Shown here piece after piece: positions 28,339-37,673 of a DNA stretch of 64,000 nucleotides. Numbering within the stretch: position 1 is the stretch's first letter; every line of letters begins with the position of its first letter. This DNA is from Candidatus Woesearchaeota archaeon (GTDB taxonomy: Archaea; Nanobdellota; Nanobdellia; Pacearchaeales; GW2011-AR1), in NCBI GenBank assembly GCA_964612895.1, contig CAZTFL010000001.1, forward strand, positions 265,043 to 329,042. The letters run 5' to 3'. The notes under the pieces are model-generated. The model saw nothing but the letters and a program-made list of their open reading frames with translations. It was not told the origin of the DNA and did not search any database. The position numbers and the translations under genes are program-made.

Positions 28339-29821
28339 TTAAAACCTCCCACAATCCTTCAACAATCTTAACTTCTGCTAATGTGTCTAATTCACAATAT
28401 TTTTCTAAGGCATTTCTCATTTCTTGTTTTTCTTTAGGATTAATGTCATTAAAAGTAATTCTTTCCCATTGATATGATGCTTCATCTCCTTTTTTTATAT
28501 GCTCTAAATTTTTATAACTTAAATCAGAAATTACTGGAAGAACATATTTGATAGAGCAAGAGCCTTTTTGCTCGGGATCATAATAATAGAAATTCCTGAA
28601 AACATCCCATAAATCTTTGATTCTTGGCAGGATATTCTCCTCGTACCATTCTCTAAATTCTGGAAAAGCAATTGCTGATTCATTCAGAACTCCCTTTTCA
28701 AATCCTTGATTATACACAAGTATACTTCCTTTATCTCCTAAATTCTCTTTTAATGATTGCATAAATTTAAGTCTTGGATCATTTGTTCCATCAGCTAAAA
28801 AAGAAATATGTTTTAATTCAGCATTTTTACTTTCTTGAATATGTAAACTAAATTGAAAAGGTATCCTTTGATAAGGTTTCATTCCATCAAATTTAGGTAA
28901 AATAGGGTTTATTGTCTCAAAGTCTAAATAATAAATAGGATATTGTAAATTTTTCAAGAAGTTATCAATTTCTAATTTATTGATATGAATTCCATTATCA
29001 TAAACTAATCTTTTTTGAATTTCTTGTTTATCATTTAACTTAAAACTTTCAGGAACATCTTTCATAGTAATATAACCTTTTTTGTATAATTCTACTGCTT
29101 TTTTCTTTAATATTCTATAAAACTCAAAAATATTATCTTTAGGTAAAGAACTCATAAATTCATCAAGACATAAATTATCATATTCTATTGTTAAAACATC
29201 ATCAACAGAGAATTCTGGTTCAGGTCCTTTAATAATATTAAACATTTTATCTATGTTCTTTTCTAATTCTTCTTCAAAAGGTTTTATTTTATCAGTTATA
29301 TTTGTTTGAACAAATAATTCAGAAGGTTCAATTTGCCCATCTTTTATATATTCATTATTAATATGCATTAAAAAACACTTTCTTATTTTCAAACCTGCTT
29401 TTTCATAAACATATTTTTGAAAAGCAACATCATGTAAATTAATATCTTTTACTTTTGTAGCAGATTTTACTTCAATAATATCCCATTCATCTTTTCCTAC
29501 AGGATTAAGAATATCTGCTCTTGAATATATAATTCCTTCTTTTAATATTGCTTGAATCCCAAATTCAAATAAAGGACGTCTCATTTCTAAAGCATTAATC
29601 CCAAGTCTTAGATTTTCTTGATAATCTTCTCCAGGAATTTTAATTCCTCCTTCAAATAAAGTAGTTGCTAATTCTCCTACTAAAGTTCCATCATCAAACT
29701 TCTTTTGTTCAATTTCATTAGGTTCAGGGATTCTCTCTTTATCGTTTTTAGTAATCCACAAGAATTTAGGACATTGTATTCCTAAAAGATAGTTTGATTT
29801 TGTTAAAATTATAGGTTTCAT
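28322..29821 (-). CDS. DUF2779-like protein (predicted RecB-like PD-(D/E)xK nuclease superfamily), tentative
   Basis: The N-terminal LTKSNYLLGIQCPKFLWI resembles the conserved N-terminal signature I recall for DUF2779 proteins. 499 aa. This is a from-memory family assignment. Confidence 0.4.
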   Translation of the reverse strand: MKPIILTKSNYLLGIQCPKFLWITKNDKERIPEPNEIEQKKFDDGTLVGELATTLFEGGIKIPGEDYQENLRLGINALEMRRPLFEFGIQAILKEGIIYSRADILNPVGKDEWDIIEVKSATKVKDINLHDVAFQKYVYEKAGLKIRKCFLMHINNEYIKDGQIEPSELFVQTNITDKIKPFEEELEKNIDKMFNIIKGPEPEFSVDDVLTIEYDNLCLDEFMSSLPKDNIFEFYRILKKKAVELYKKGYITMKDVPESFKLNDKQEIQKRLVYDNGIHINKLEIDNFLKNLQYPIYYLDFETINPILPKFDGMKPYQRIPFQFSLHIQESKNAELKHISFLADGTNDPRLKFMQSLKENLGDKGSILVYNQGFEKGVLNESAIAFPEFREWYEENILPRIKDLWDVFRNFYYYDPEQKGSCSIKYVLPVISDLSYKNLEHIKKGDEASYQWERITFNDINPKEKQEMRNALEKYCELDTLAEVKIVEGLWEVLNGKSN

Positions 29822-29909
29822 TATAAAATAATTAGAAAAAGGAGATTTTTATGGTTTTGGATTAAAAGAAACTTATTTAAATTATTTAATTCCTTAAAGT
29901 TTAATAAGT

Positions 29910-30683
29910 ATGATAAAAATAAATGAAGATGTTCAAGAGATTAGGGAAGAATTAACTTCAGTTTATAAAAAATTTTTTAGAGATTTAAAGATTGATCCTA
30001 TTTCAGGCCTTACAGAGGATGGAAGAGGGAATAAACGTTTTGCAACATATGCTTATGTAGGTTCAAAATATGGTAGTAAAAAAAAGATTTTGTTTATTGG
30101 TTTAGATATTGGTAAGGATGAACCCCTAAATGGAGATACAACAAAAATAAAAGAAGATTATAGATACGGGATACAATATTTTGAAAAAAGAAGGAAAAAG
30201 ATTGAAAGGGTAACAAAAGAAGGCAAAGATTCTAAAAAAGAAGGTCATAATGCTCATATTTCTGGAACAATGATTCATGCAGGAGAGATATTGGAATTAA
30301 ATCCTAAAGAAGAATCATTTAAAGAAAAAGATTATTCTAAGGGTTATATTAAAGATCCAAGAATAATAAAACATTTTGAGAAAAATAATCCTTTATCTTA
30401 TGTAGCTCTTATAAATCTCCGTAAATTTGTAGATAAAGAGAAGCAAGATAGAGAACAGGGTAAATATGTATATCCAGAAAAGGAAAAAGAATTATTATAT
30501 AAAGAAGTTGAAAGACTAAACCCTGACTTAATAATATTACAAGGCATCAATTTTAAAAATCAAAAAGAAACTTTAAAAGAATTAAAAAAAACTAATGTAA
30601 AGGTTCGTTGTGGGTATCATCCAGCTTATCGTAATAAAAAAAGAACATTAAGTAACTTATTGAAGACATATAAAATGTTATAG
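29910..30683 (+). CDS. Hypothetical protein
   Basis: 257-aa Lys/Glu-rich ORF with no recognisable motif. Confidence 0.4.
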   Translation: MIKINEDVQEIREELTSVYKKFFRDLKIDPISGLTEDGRGNKRFATYAYVGSKYGSKKKILFIGLDIGKDEPLNGDTTKIKEDYRYGIQYFEKRRKKIERVTKEGKDSKKEGHNAHISGTMIHAGEILELNPKEESFKEKDYSKGYIKDPRIIKHFEKNNPLSYVALINLRKFVDKEKQDREQGKYVYPEKEKELLYKEVERLNPDLIILQGINFKNQKETLKELKKTNVKVRCGYHPAYRNKKRTLSNLLKTYKML

Positions 30684-30695
30684 ATCTCTTAGTTT

Positions 30696-31283
30696 TTAGA
30701 TTAAATTATTTATTTTTGATAACTTATCATATATTTTTTCTTCTTCATTTATTGCTTTTTTTATTAGATATTTTAATTCTTTTTCTTTGTATTTACTATT
30801 ATTCTTTAAAATTTCTAATGCTAAATGTAAATTACTATCTAAATCACTCAAATTATTAAAAAGAGAATTCTTATTTAACATTTTAATCCCTTCTTTTATT
30901 TCCTTTGTTGCCTTTGGTCCTGGTACTATTTTAGAGGTGGTGTAATAAATATTATTTTTTCTATCAATCCACTCTTTTTTATATGCTGTTTTAAATAACT
31001 CAGAAGGGTTTACTTTTTGATTAATAGGATTTACTTTTTTTAAATAACCTTTTTTAACATAAAATATAATACCTGATTGGATTAAAATCTTAAAAATCTC
31101 TTTTATTTCATCTGAAGTTAATTTTATATCTAAATATTTGAGTTCTTTATTTATTCTTTTTATTAAGTCCTTTTCTGAGATATAATTCTCAAGAGAATTT
31201 TCATATTTGTTTATACATTCAACAACAAGAGATATTATTTTTATCTGTTCTAATGAGGGTTTAGTTTTCTTCTTGGATTCCAT
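30696..31283 (-). CDS. Hypothetical protein (possible helical/wHTH regulator)
   Basis: 195-aa ORF with no catalytic motif. It is the last gene before tRNA-Asp. Confidence 0.35.
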   Translation of the reverse strand: MESKKKTKPSLEQIKIISLVVECINKYENSLENYISEKDLIKRINKELKYLDIKLTSDEIKEIFKILIQSGIIFYVKKGYLKKVNPINQKVNPSELFKTAYKKEWIDRKNNIYYTTSKIVPGPKATKEIKEGIKMLNKNSLFNNLSDLDSNLHLALEILKNNSKYKEKELKYLIKKAINEEEKIYDKLSKINNLI

Positions 31284-31592
31284 AAATAAATAATCAATTT
31301 AAACTTTAAATAAATTTAGAAATTAAAAAGTATATTCTTTTATGAGTATTAAAACCTATAATGTTATTACAATGTAACCACCAAATTAAATATATTAATT
31401 GTCTTTTAATCTCTAAAAATAATATTTTCTACTTTTTAACTTTTATTCAAAAAGTGGGATAAATTTTATAAAAGTACAAAAAAGGAAAAGATATCTTAAG
31501 TGATATTCAAATAAATGATGAATCTAAAATAGAATTCTTTTTAATTAAACAATAAATAAAAATACGCCCATAAAACCCACAAAAGTCCCTAA

Positions 31593-31664
31593 CGCCCAAA
31601 CCGGGAATTGGACCCGGGTCTCGAGCGCGACAGGCTCACGTACTAGCCACTATACTATTTGGGC
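31593..31664 (-). tRNA. tRNA-Asp (anticodon GTC). CCA is not encoded.
   Basis: Hand-folded from the minus strand. Acceptor GCCCAAA pairs with TTTGGGC. D-stem GTAT pairs with GTAC. Anticodon stem TGAGC pairs with GCTCG, with loop CTGTCGC. T-stem CCGGG pairs with CCCGG, with loop TCCAATT. Discriminator is G. Total 72 nt. Confidence 0.85.
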
Positions 31665-31815
31665 ATTTCTTGACTGAAGTTTACTCCCAAATTACTTAAT
31701 CAAGATAATTTTTATTGGTTTTTGACCTTTTTAAGATTTATGTTCACTACTTTTTTTAAGTAATTTTTAATTTCTTTTTTATTATCTAAATTCTTTTAAA
31801 TAATTCGAAATATTA

Positions 31816-32544
31816 ATGTATATGCCAACTGAAGAATTTAACAATGGATTTATTTTATACGTTGGAGCTATGTTCGGTGGAAAAACAGCGCAGGCAATAA
31901 TGGATGCTCAAAGAGCCGTTGTAGCAAATAAAAAAGTTTGTGTATTTAAAACAAGTTGGGATAATCGCTATTCTGATACATATTTAACAGCAAATAATGA
32001 ACAATTAAAATTTCCTTCTATATCAGTACCTCATTTAGATGATTTAATTAGAGAGACTAAAAAAAAGAATCCAGAAATTTTAATTATAGATGAAATACAA
32101 TTTTTTGATGAAAGAATTTATGATTATATATTAAATAATAAAAAAAATATGAGAATTATTGCTACTGGTTTACAAATGGACTATAGAGGAAATTCTTTTC
32201 CATTAAGAGATCCTAGAGGAAAAGAATATGATTCCGAAAAAATAAAAATTGGAACACTTATGGGAATTAGTACAAAAGTAAAACAATTCTGGCCAATTTG
32301 TGTTGAAAACACGAAAGAAAGCCCTTGTGATTCTGCATATTACAACCAAAGAATAAATGAAGACGGGAATTTATCTAAATATTCTGAACAAACTGTTGTA
32401 ATTGGTGCAACAAATAAATATAGAGCTGTTTGTGATAAACATTTTATAAGACCAATATCCAACGATAAATTTTTGACTCCTAATGGAGAAATTATTAATT
32501 ATGAGAATACAAGAGATTATATAGAAATTCTAAAAAATAAATAA
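31816..32544 (+). CDS. tdk: Thymidine kinase
   Basis: P-loop YVGAMFGGKTAQ. Walker B-like IIDEIQFFD. C-terminal Cys cluster (C...C...C..H) is typical of the TK zinc ribbon. Confidence 0.7.
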   Translation: MYMPTEEFNNGFILYVGAMFGGKTAQAIMDAQRAVVANKKVCVFKTSWDNRYSDTYLTANNEQLKFPSISVPHLDDLIRETKKKNPEILIIDEIQFFDERIYDYILNNKKNMRIIATGLQMDYRGNSFPLRDPRGKEYDSEKIKIGTLMGISTKVKQFWPICVENTKESPCDSAYYNQRINEDGNLSKYSEQTVVIGATNKYRAVCDKHFIRPISNDKFLTPNGEIINYENTRDYIEILKNK

Positions 32545-33273
32545 AAACAAACTTATTAGTCCAAGTAACCAACAATATATACTAAATATCCAAAATTTGT
32601 CGTTTTTTATTATTTTAACTAAAACATTTAGGAAAAAAAGACTTGTGATAAAACAAATTACAAATCCAATTAACATATCTAACGATACAAAAAATTTCTC
32701 CAACTTCAAGAATTCCAATATAAAAGCTCCTAAACTTAATGGTATAAATAACATAAATGAAAACTTTGTGGCTTGTTCTTTATTTATTCCTTGAAATATT
32801 GCTGTTGAAATGGTTGTTCCGCTACGACTTATTCCTGGAAAGAGAGCGAAAATCTGCATTAAACCAATAATTAATGTATTTTTTGTATTTAATTTAATAT
32901 TTTTTTTCTTTACAAATCTAGTTAAAAATAGAATCGTTCCAGTAAAAATAAAAGCTATTGATAAAAAAATATAAGATGAAAATGTTTTTTCTATGAAATC
33001 ATTAAACAAAAAACCAAATAGAGCTCCTGGTATAGTTGCTAAAATTAAATATATCCATAATTTTTTATGAGTTTTTTTGAATGTTAATAAATTAAAAATA
33101 TCTTTTCTTAAAAAAAAGATAACTGCTAATAAACTCGACAAATGAAGCAAGACAAAAAAAAATAAATTAGGAGATGAAATAATATTAGAAATTAAAGCTA
33201 AATGCCCTGAAGATGAAATTGGAAGAAATTCGGTTGCACCTTGTATAATAGACAATAATATTTCATTAAACAT
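32530..33273 (-). CDS. uppP: Undecaprenyl-diphosphatase (BacA/UppP)
   Basis: Polytopic membrane protein with the conserved PGISRSGTTIS motif and an N-terminal GATEFLPISSSGHL motif. Confidence 0.8.
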   Translation of the reverse strand: MFNEILLSIIQGATEFLPISSSGHLALISNIISSPNLFFFVLLHLSSLLAVIFFLRKDIFNLLTFKKTHKKLWIYLILATIPGALFGFLFNDFIEKTFSSYIFLSIAFIFTGTILFLTRFVKKKNIKLNTKNTLIIGLMQIFALFPGISRSGTTISTAIFQGINKEQATKFSFMLFIPLSLGAFILEFLKLEKFFVSLDMLIGFVICFITSLFFLNVLVKIIKNDKFWIFSIYCWLLGLISLFLFIF

Positions 33274-33323
33274 GTTTAAAAAAGAAAGAAAATATTTATA
33301 AAGATATACTCTATTATGTTTAT

Positions 33324-33596
33324 ATGAAGAAGGGGTTAGATTTAGGTGTAATTGATTATTATTTATTTGGAGTCGCGTGCTTATTTATAGGATTTTTTTT
33401 ATCAAGTATTTTCTTAGAAATTAGTCCTATAAGGGTTCTTTTTGTTTTTGTAAAATATAAGTGGTTGTTTTTATTTCTTTCTATAATTATTGGAATAAAA
33501 CCTTGGTGGACTGCTATGTTCGGTAAAAAAAGTGCTGAGGGAATAATTATTGTAGAAAAAAAGAAAGCAAAAAAGAGGAAAACAAATAAAAAATGA
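33324..33596 (+). CDS. Small membrane protein
   Basis: 90 aa with two hydrophobic helices and a Lys-rich tail. It overlaps the downstream prepilin-like gene by 4 nt. Confidence 0.3.
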   Translation: MKKGLDLGVIDYYLFGVACLFIGFFLSSIFLEISPIRVLFVFVKYKWLFLFLSIIIGIKPWWTAMFGKKSAEGIIIVEKKKAKKRKTNKK

Positions 33597-34144
33597 TTTT
33601 TAAAAACAAAAAGGGTGCTATGGAAATGTCTATTGGGACTATTGTTACTATCGTTTTGTCTATGACTCTTCTTATTGGTGGAATTGTATTGGTTAGAAAT
33701 ATTATTAATAGTAGTAATGATGTTGTCGACATGACTGATGCTCAATTAAAAAATCAAATTAATCAACTTTTTGGAAGTGATAGTAAAGTTGTTATGTTTC
33801 CAGATTCAAGAGAAATAAAAGCTAAAATTGGAGATGACATAGCTTTTGCCTTTGGTATAAAAAATTTATTAGTAGGAATAGCCGGACAAAATGCTGAATT
33901 TCAATATGAAGTTAATGTTGCGGATTCTGGGAATTGTGGAATAGGAAATTCCATTATTCTTGACTGGATAATTCTTGGGAAATCAGGAACTGTAACAATT
34001 CCACAAGGAGAAACTTATTCAAGTAAAGTAAGAATGTCTATTCCCGATGGTTCTCCTTTATGCTCATTTAGATTATCTATAAATGTAAAATCAAATGATA
34101 AAAATTATTATACTGATTATATGGATGTAAAAATAGCATCTTAA
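33593..34144 (+). CDS. Archaeal-type (class III signal peptide) prepilin-like protein
   Basis: The N-terminus KNKKGAMEMSIGTIVTIVLSMTLLIGGIVLV has a basic stretch, then Gly, then a small residue, then a hydrophobic helix. That is the pattern cleaved by PibD/FlaK-type prepilin peptidases. Confidence 0.45.
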   Translation: MIFKNKKGAMEMSIGTIVTIVLSMTLLIGGIVLVRNIINSSNDVVDMTDAQLKNQINQLFGSDSKVVMFPDSREIKAKIGDDIAFAFGIKNLLVGIAGQNAEFQYEVNVADSGNCGIGNSIILDWIILGKSGTVTIPQGETYSSKVRMSIPDGSPLCSFRLSINVKSNDKNYYTDYMDVKIAS

Positions 34145-34167
34145 GAAAAACATTTAAATTACTAAAA

Positions 34168-34767
34168 TTGTATTCTTTTATGATAAATAATAGCAAACAA
34201 CCAGATTTAAAAGATTTAATAGAAAATTTCATTAATATAAATAAGTTAAAAATTCCCAGATTAAATATTCTTAATTTACAATTATACGCCGAACATTATG
34301 TAAATGAAATAATATCAACACAAGTAAAGGATTCTGTAAAAGAAGAATTAAGAAAGTATATAACATTCCCTCAAAAATTAAGAATATTAAAAAAAATGAA
34401 TGTACTTGACGAAAAACAAATTAAAATTTTAGAAGTTCTTAATAAAATAAGAGATGAAATTGTTCATGAGTTAATTTTTGATGAAGAATCTATTAATAAT
34501 AAATTAAAATACACAAAATTTGATTTTGTTTATGGTTGGGGATATGTTGATAGTAATGGTAAAAATATAAGTAAAATAACTGATTTAAAAAAAATATATA
34601 AAAAAATAGATAATAATTTACATAAATTTTTTATTTCAAGTACTTTAATTATAGGAATATTATATAATCATTTCAGAAAAATGAAAAATGAAAATGTTAA
34701 TCAATTTATTGATATTATCTTAAAAAATGATTCTGATATAAACTTAATTGTGAAACAAATTAATTAA
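34168..34767 (+). CDS. Hypothetical protein
   Basis: 199-aa ORF with no recognisable motif. Confidence 0.35.
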   Translation: MYSFMINNSKQPDLKDLIENFININKLKIPRLNILNLQLYAEHYVNEIISTQVKDSVKEELRKYITFPQKLRILKKMNVLDEKQIKILEVLNKIRDEIVHELIFDEESINNKLKYTKFDFVYGWGYVDSNGKNISKITDLKKIYKKIDNNLHKFFISSTLIIGILYNHFRKMKNENVNQFIDIILKNDSDINLIVKQIN

Positions 34768-35017
34768 TTTTATTTAGGACCTTCTTCCCTTTTGATGTTA
34801 TTTGATAATATCTAAAATTTGAACTTTCTGGATTTTTACATTCTGCGATTTCTCTATCTTTTAAATCTAAAAGAATTCTGCTTATTGATTCTCTATGTTT
34901 TCCTAAGTCTTTAGCAATAAAAGATGCCACTTGTGGTTTATCTCTTAATTTATATAAAACCTCTCTTCTTAACTTACTTCTCGCAAAAAACACTTTATCA
35001 TCATCTGTGATAATCAT
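34760..35017 (-). CDS. Small winged-helix transcriptional regulator (ArsR/MarR-like)
   Basis: 85 aa. VASFIAKDLGKHRESISRILLDLKDREI looks like an HTH recognition helix followed by a wing. Confidence 0.45.
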   Translation of the reverse strand: MIITDDDKVFFARSKLRREVLYKLRDKPQVASFIAKDLGKHRESISRILLDLKDREIAECKNPESSNFRYYQITSKGKKVLNKIN

Positions 35018-35332
35018 AAAAAAATATCAAGATTTTAAGATTTAAACAGGCGTGATAAAATGCGTAACATTTAAATAAAATTATATATAATATATAGTAT
35101 GAAGAATTTTATAATTAAAATAACTTGGTGGATGTTTCACAAAAAAATAATTTCATTCAGATCACATGAAAAAATTTATAATTTATTATTTTATTAATTA
35201 ATTATTAATGGCTTTATTGATTTAAATTTTGACAATTCTTTATAATAGAAAACTTCTGTTAATAATACTATAATGTTGAACATTTTTATTTATAATAAGA
35301 TTTATATAATACTTGTTATATTTATTTATAAA

Positions 35333-37609
35333 ATGGGTGATACTTTTATTAAATGGCTTTCTGAGTTGTCTAAATCTGATATTGGTATAGCTGGTGGAAA
35401 AGGAGCTAATTTAGGAGAAATGTACAATGCAAAATTTCCTGTTCCTCAGGCTTTTGTTATTACAACCGATGCATTTTTTTATTTTTTAAAAAAAACTAAA
35501 ATTGAAGAAGAAATAAAAAAAGAATTAGATGTTATTGATGTAGATAATACTGGTGATTTACAAAATAAAGCTAAAGAAATACGAGAATTAATAGTACGAA
35601 CTCCTATGCCTATTGAATTAGAAAAAACTATACTTGAAGCATATGAACATTTTAATATTGATTTGGATGAAGTTAAAAATTCTCCTGGCGCTTTAGCTAT
35701 ATTAAAATCTGCTCGTGAACCTGTTTTTGTTTCCGTTAGGTCATCAGCAACTGCTGAAGATTTAAAAGATGCTAGTTTCGCTGGGCAACAAGATTCTTTT
35801 ATTAATGTTAAGGGAAATCCTGAATTAATAGAAAAAGTAAAAAAAGTTTTTGCGTCTATTTTTACTGCTCGTTCTATATATTATAGAAAGAAAAAAGGAT
35901 TTGATCAGTTAGTTGGAATTGCTGCTGTTGTTCAAAAAATGATTAATTCTGATAAATCTGGTGTTATGTTTTCTAAACATCCTGTGACTGGAAAAGAAAC
36001 AATTTTAATAGAGTCCGTTTGGGGACAAGGAGAGGGAATTGTTTCTGGGAAAATAAAACCTGATCAACATGTTGTTAATATGGATTTGGAAGTTCTTGAA
36101 GAACATATTTCAGATAAAAAAGTTGCAATTGTAAGAACAGCATCAGGACAAACAAAAAATGTTCCTCTAACTGAAGAACGTTCAAAAATGCGTGTTTTGA
36201 AAACTTATGAAATAAAACAATTAGCAGAATTTGCGTTAAAATTAGAGAATCATTATCAAAAACCACAAGATATTGAATTTGCTGTTGAAAATGATAATAT
36301 TTTTATTTTACAGACGAGACCTATAACAACTTTAGATAATAAAAAAGATATTCAAGATATTGACGGTAGGTTATTAACTGAAGGAATGGCTGCATCTCCT
36401 GGAGTAGCTTCTGGTATTGTAAAAATTATTCACTCAATGGATGATTTATCTAAAATAAAATCTGGAGATGTTTTGGTTACAACTATGACAAATCCTGACA
36501 TGGTTGTTTCTATGCAAAAAGCTTCAGCTATTGTAACTTCTGAAGGTGGTGTTACTGCCCATGCTGCCATAGTTTCAAGAGAAATGGGAATTCCAGCAGT
36601 TGTTGGAGCACAAAATGCTTTAGATGTATTAGAAGATGGAATGCAAATAACTGTTGATGGATTTAATGGAAAAGTTTTTGATGGAATTGCTCAGAATAAA
36701 AGTGTAGAGATAAAACCAATTGAAGAAACAAAAATAAAAATTAAGGTTATGGTTGATTTACCTCAATTCGCACAAAGAGCAGCTAAAACTAAAGCAGATG
36801 GAATTGGTTTAATAAGAATAGAAGGAATTATTGCTTCTAATCAAAAACATCCTTTAGCTTATGAAAAAGAAAACAATTTAGATAAATATAAGAATATGTT
36901 AAAAGATAATCTAAAACAAATAGCTGAACAATTTATAGGAAAACCTATTTGGATTAGAACTTCAGATATCAGAAGTGATGAATATTCAAATTTACAAGGA
37001 GCTCCAAAAGAAATAGAAAGAAATCCTATGCTTGGATTTCACGGAATAAGATTTTCTCTTAAACATCCTGATATACTAAAAGCAGAACTTAATGCTGTAA
37101 AAGAATTAGCTGAGAATGGACATAATTTTGGTGTAATGTTTCCACAAGTAATATCTGTTGAAGAAGTAATAGAGGCAAAAAGAATATTTGATGAAATTGG
37201 ATGTTCTGGAAAAGTAAAGTTTGGGGTAATGATAGAAACTCCAGCAGCAGCAATTATAATAAAGGATATTTGTGAATTAGGAATTGATTTTATTTCTTTT
37301 GGAACTAATGATTTAACTCAGTATACTTTAGCTATTGATAGAGGAAATGATGATGTCCAATATATTTATGATGAAACTAATTGGGCTGTATTAAAACAAA
37401 TAAGTAGAGTGATTAGAGAATGTAAGAATTATAATGTTGAAACTTCCATTTGTGGACAGGCGGGAAGTAATTTAAAGATGGTAGAATTTTTAGTAAAATG
37501 TGGAATTGATTCTATTTCTGTAAATGCTGATGCTGCTTATGATGTATCAAAATTAATACAAAAGTTAGAAAATGAAAATAATTCTAAAAAAGAAGATATA
37601 TACACATAA
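35333..37609 (+). CDS. ppsA: Phosphoenolpyruvate synthase (pyruvate, water dikinase). The track ORF starts at 35273, but the Met at 35333 is the more likely start.
   Basis: The PpsA N-terminus WLSELSKSDIGIAGGKGANLGEM matches the ATP-grasp signature. The phospho-His region reads GGVTAHAAIVSREMGIPAVVG. There is a C-terminal PEP-utilising TIM barrel. The 20-aa extension from 35273 is pure Ile/Tyr/Leu low-complexity. Confidence 0.8.
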   Translation: MGDTFIKWLSELSKSDIGIAGGKGANLGEMYNAKFPVPQAFVITTDAFFYFLKKTKIEEEIKKELDVIDVDNTGDLQNKAKEIRELIVRTPMPIELEKTILEAYEHFNIDLDEVKNSPGALAILKSAREPVFVSVRSSATAEDLKDASFAGQQDSFINVKGNPELIEKVKKVFASIFTARSIYYRKKKGFDQLVGIAAVVQKMINSDKSGVMFSKHPVTGKETILIESVWGQGEGIVSGKIKPDQHVVNMDLEVLEEHISDKKVAIVRTASGQTKNVPLTEERSKMRVLKTYEIKQLAEFALKLENHYQKPQDIEFAVENDNIFILQTRPITTLDNKKDIQDIDGRLLTEGMAASPGVASGIVKIIHSMDDLSKIKSGDVLVTTMTNPDMVVSMQKASAIVTSEGGVTAHAAIVSREMGIPAVVGAQNALDVLEDGMQITVDGFNGKVFDGIAQNKSVEIKPIEETKIKIKVMVDLPQFAQRAAKTKADGIGLIRIEGIIASNQKHPLAYEKENNLDKYKNMLKDNLKQIAEQFIGKPIWIRTSDIRSDEYSNLQGAPKEIERNPMLGFHGIRFSLKHPDILKAELNAVKELAENGHNFGVMFPQVISVEEVIEAKRIFDEIGCSGKVKFGVMIETPAAAIIIKDICELGIDFISFGTNDLTQYTLAIDRGNDDVQYIYDETNWAVLKQISRVIRECKNYNVETSICGQAGSNLKMVEFLVKCGIDSISVNADAAYDVSKLIQKLENENNSKKEDIYT

Positions 37610-37673
37610 ATGTATTTACTAATAAATAGTTACATAAAGAAAGGTTTATAAATAATGAAATTCTTAAGTAGTT

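Larger units (their letters stand above)
1046..31664. mobile_element. Candidate tRNA-Asp-associated integrative element of about 30 kb, with ICE-like or defence-island-like cargo. Boundaries are tentative.
   Basis: tRNA-Asp is at the right end with its 3' end facing the island. An integrase gene is at the left end. A degenerate partial copy of the tRNA 3' end lies at about 1046-1069 inside a GC-rich non-coding patch. Cargo comprises the transfer module, R-M systems, Lamassu-like, Abi and unknowns. Confidence 0.3.

Noticed and set aside
33359-33745. Minus-strand ORFs at 33359-33745 and 33547-33732 overlapping the small membrane protein and prepilin-like genes
   Set aside because: They are antisense to two plus-strand genes with coherent signal-peptide and TM organisation, and their translations are low-complexity and Asn/Ile-rich.
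35273-35332. Track start of the ppsA ORF (MLNIFIYNKIYIILVIFIYK...)
   Set aside because: The 20-codon extension is AT-rich low-complexity sequence. The conserved PpsA N-terminus begins at the Met at 35333 (MGDTFIKWLSELS), so the shorter start was used.
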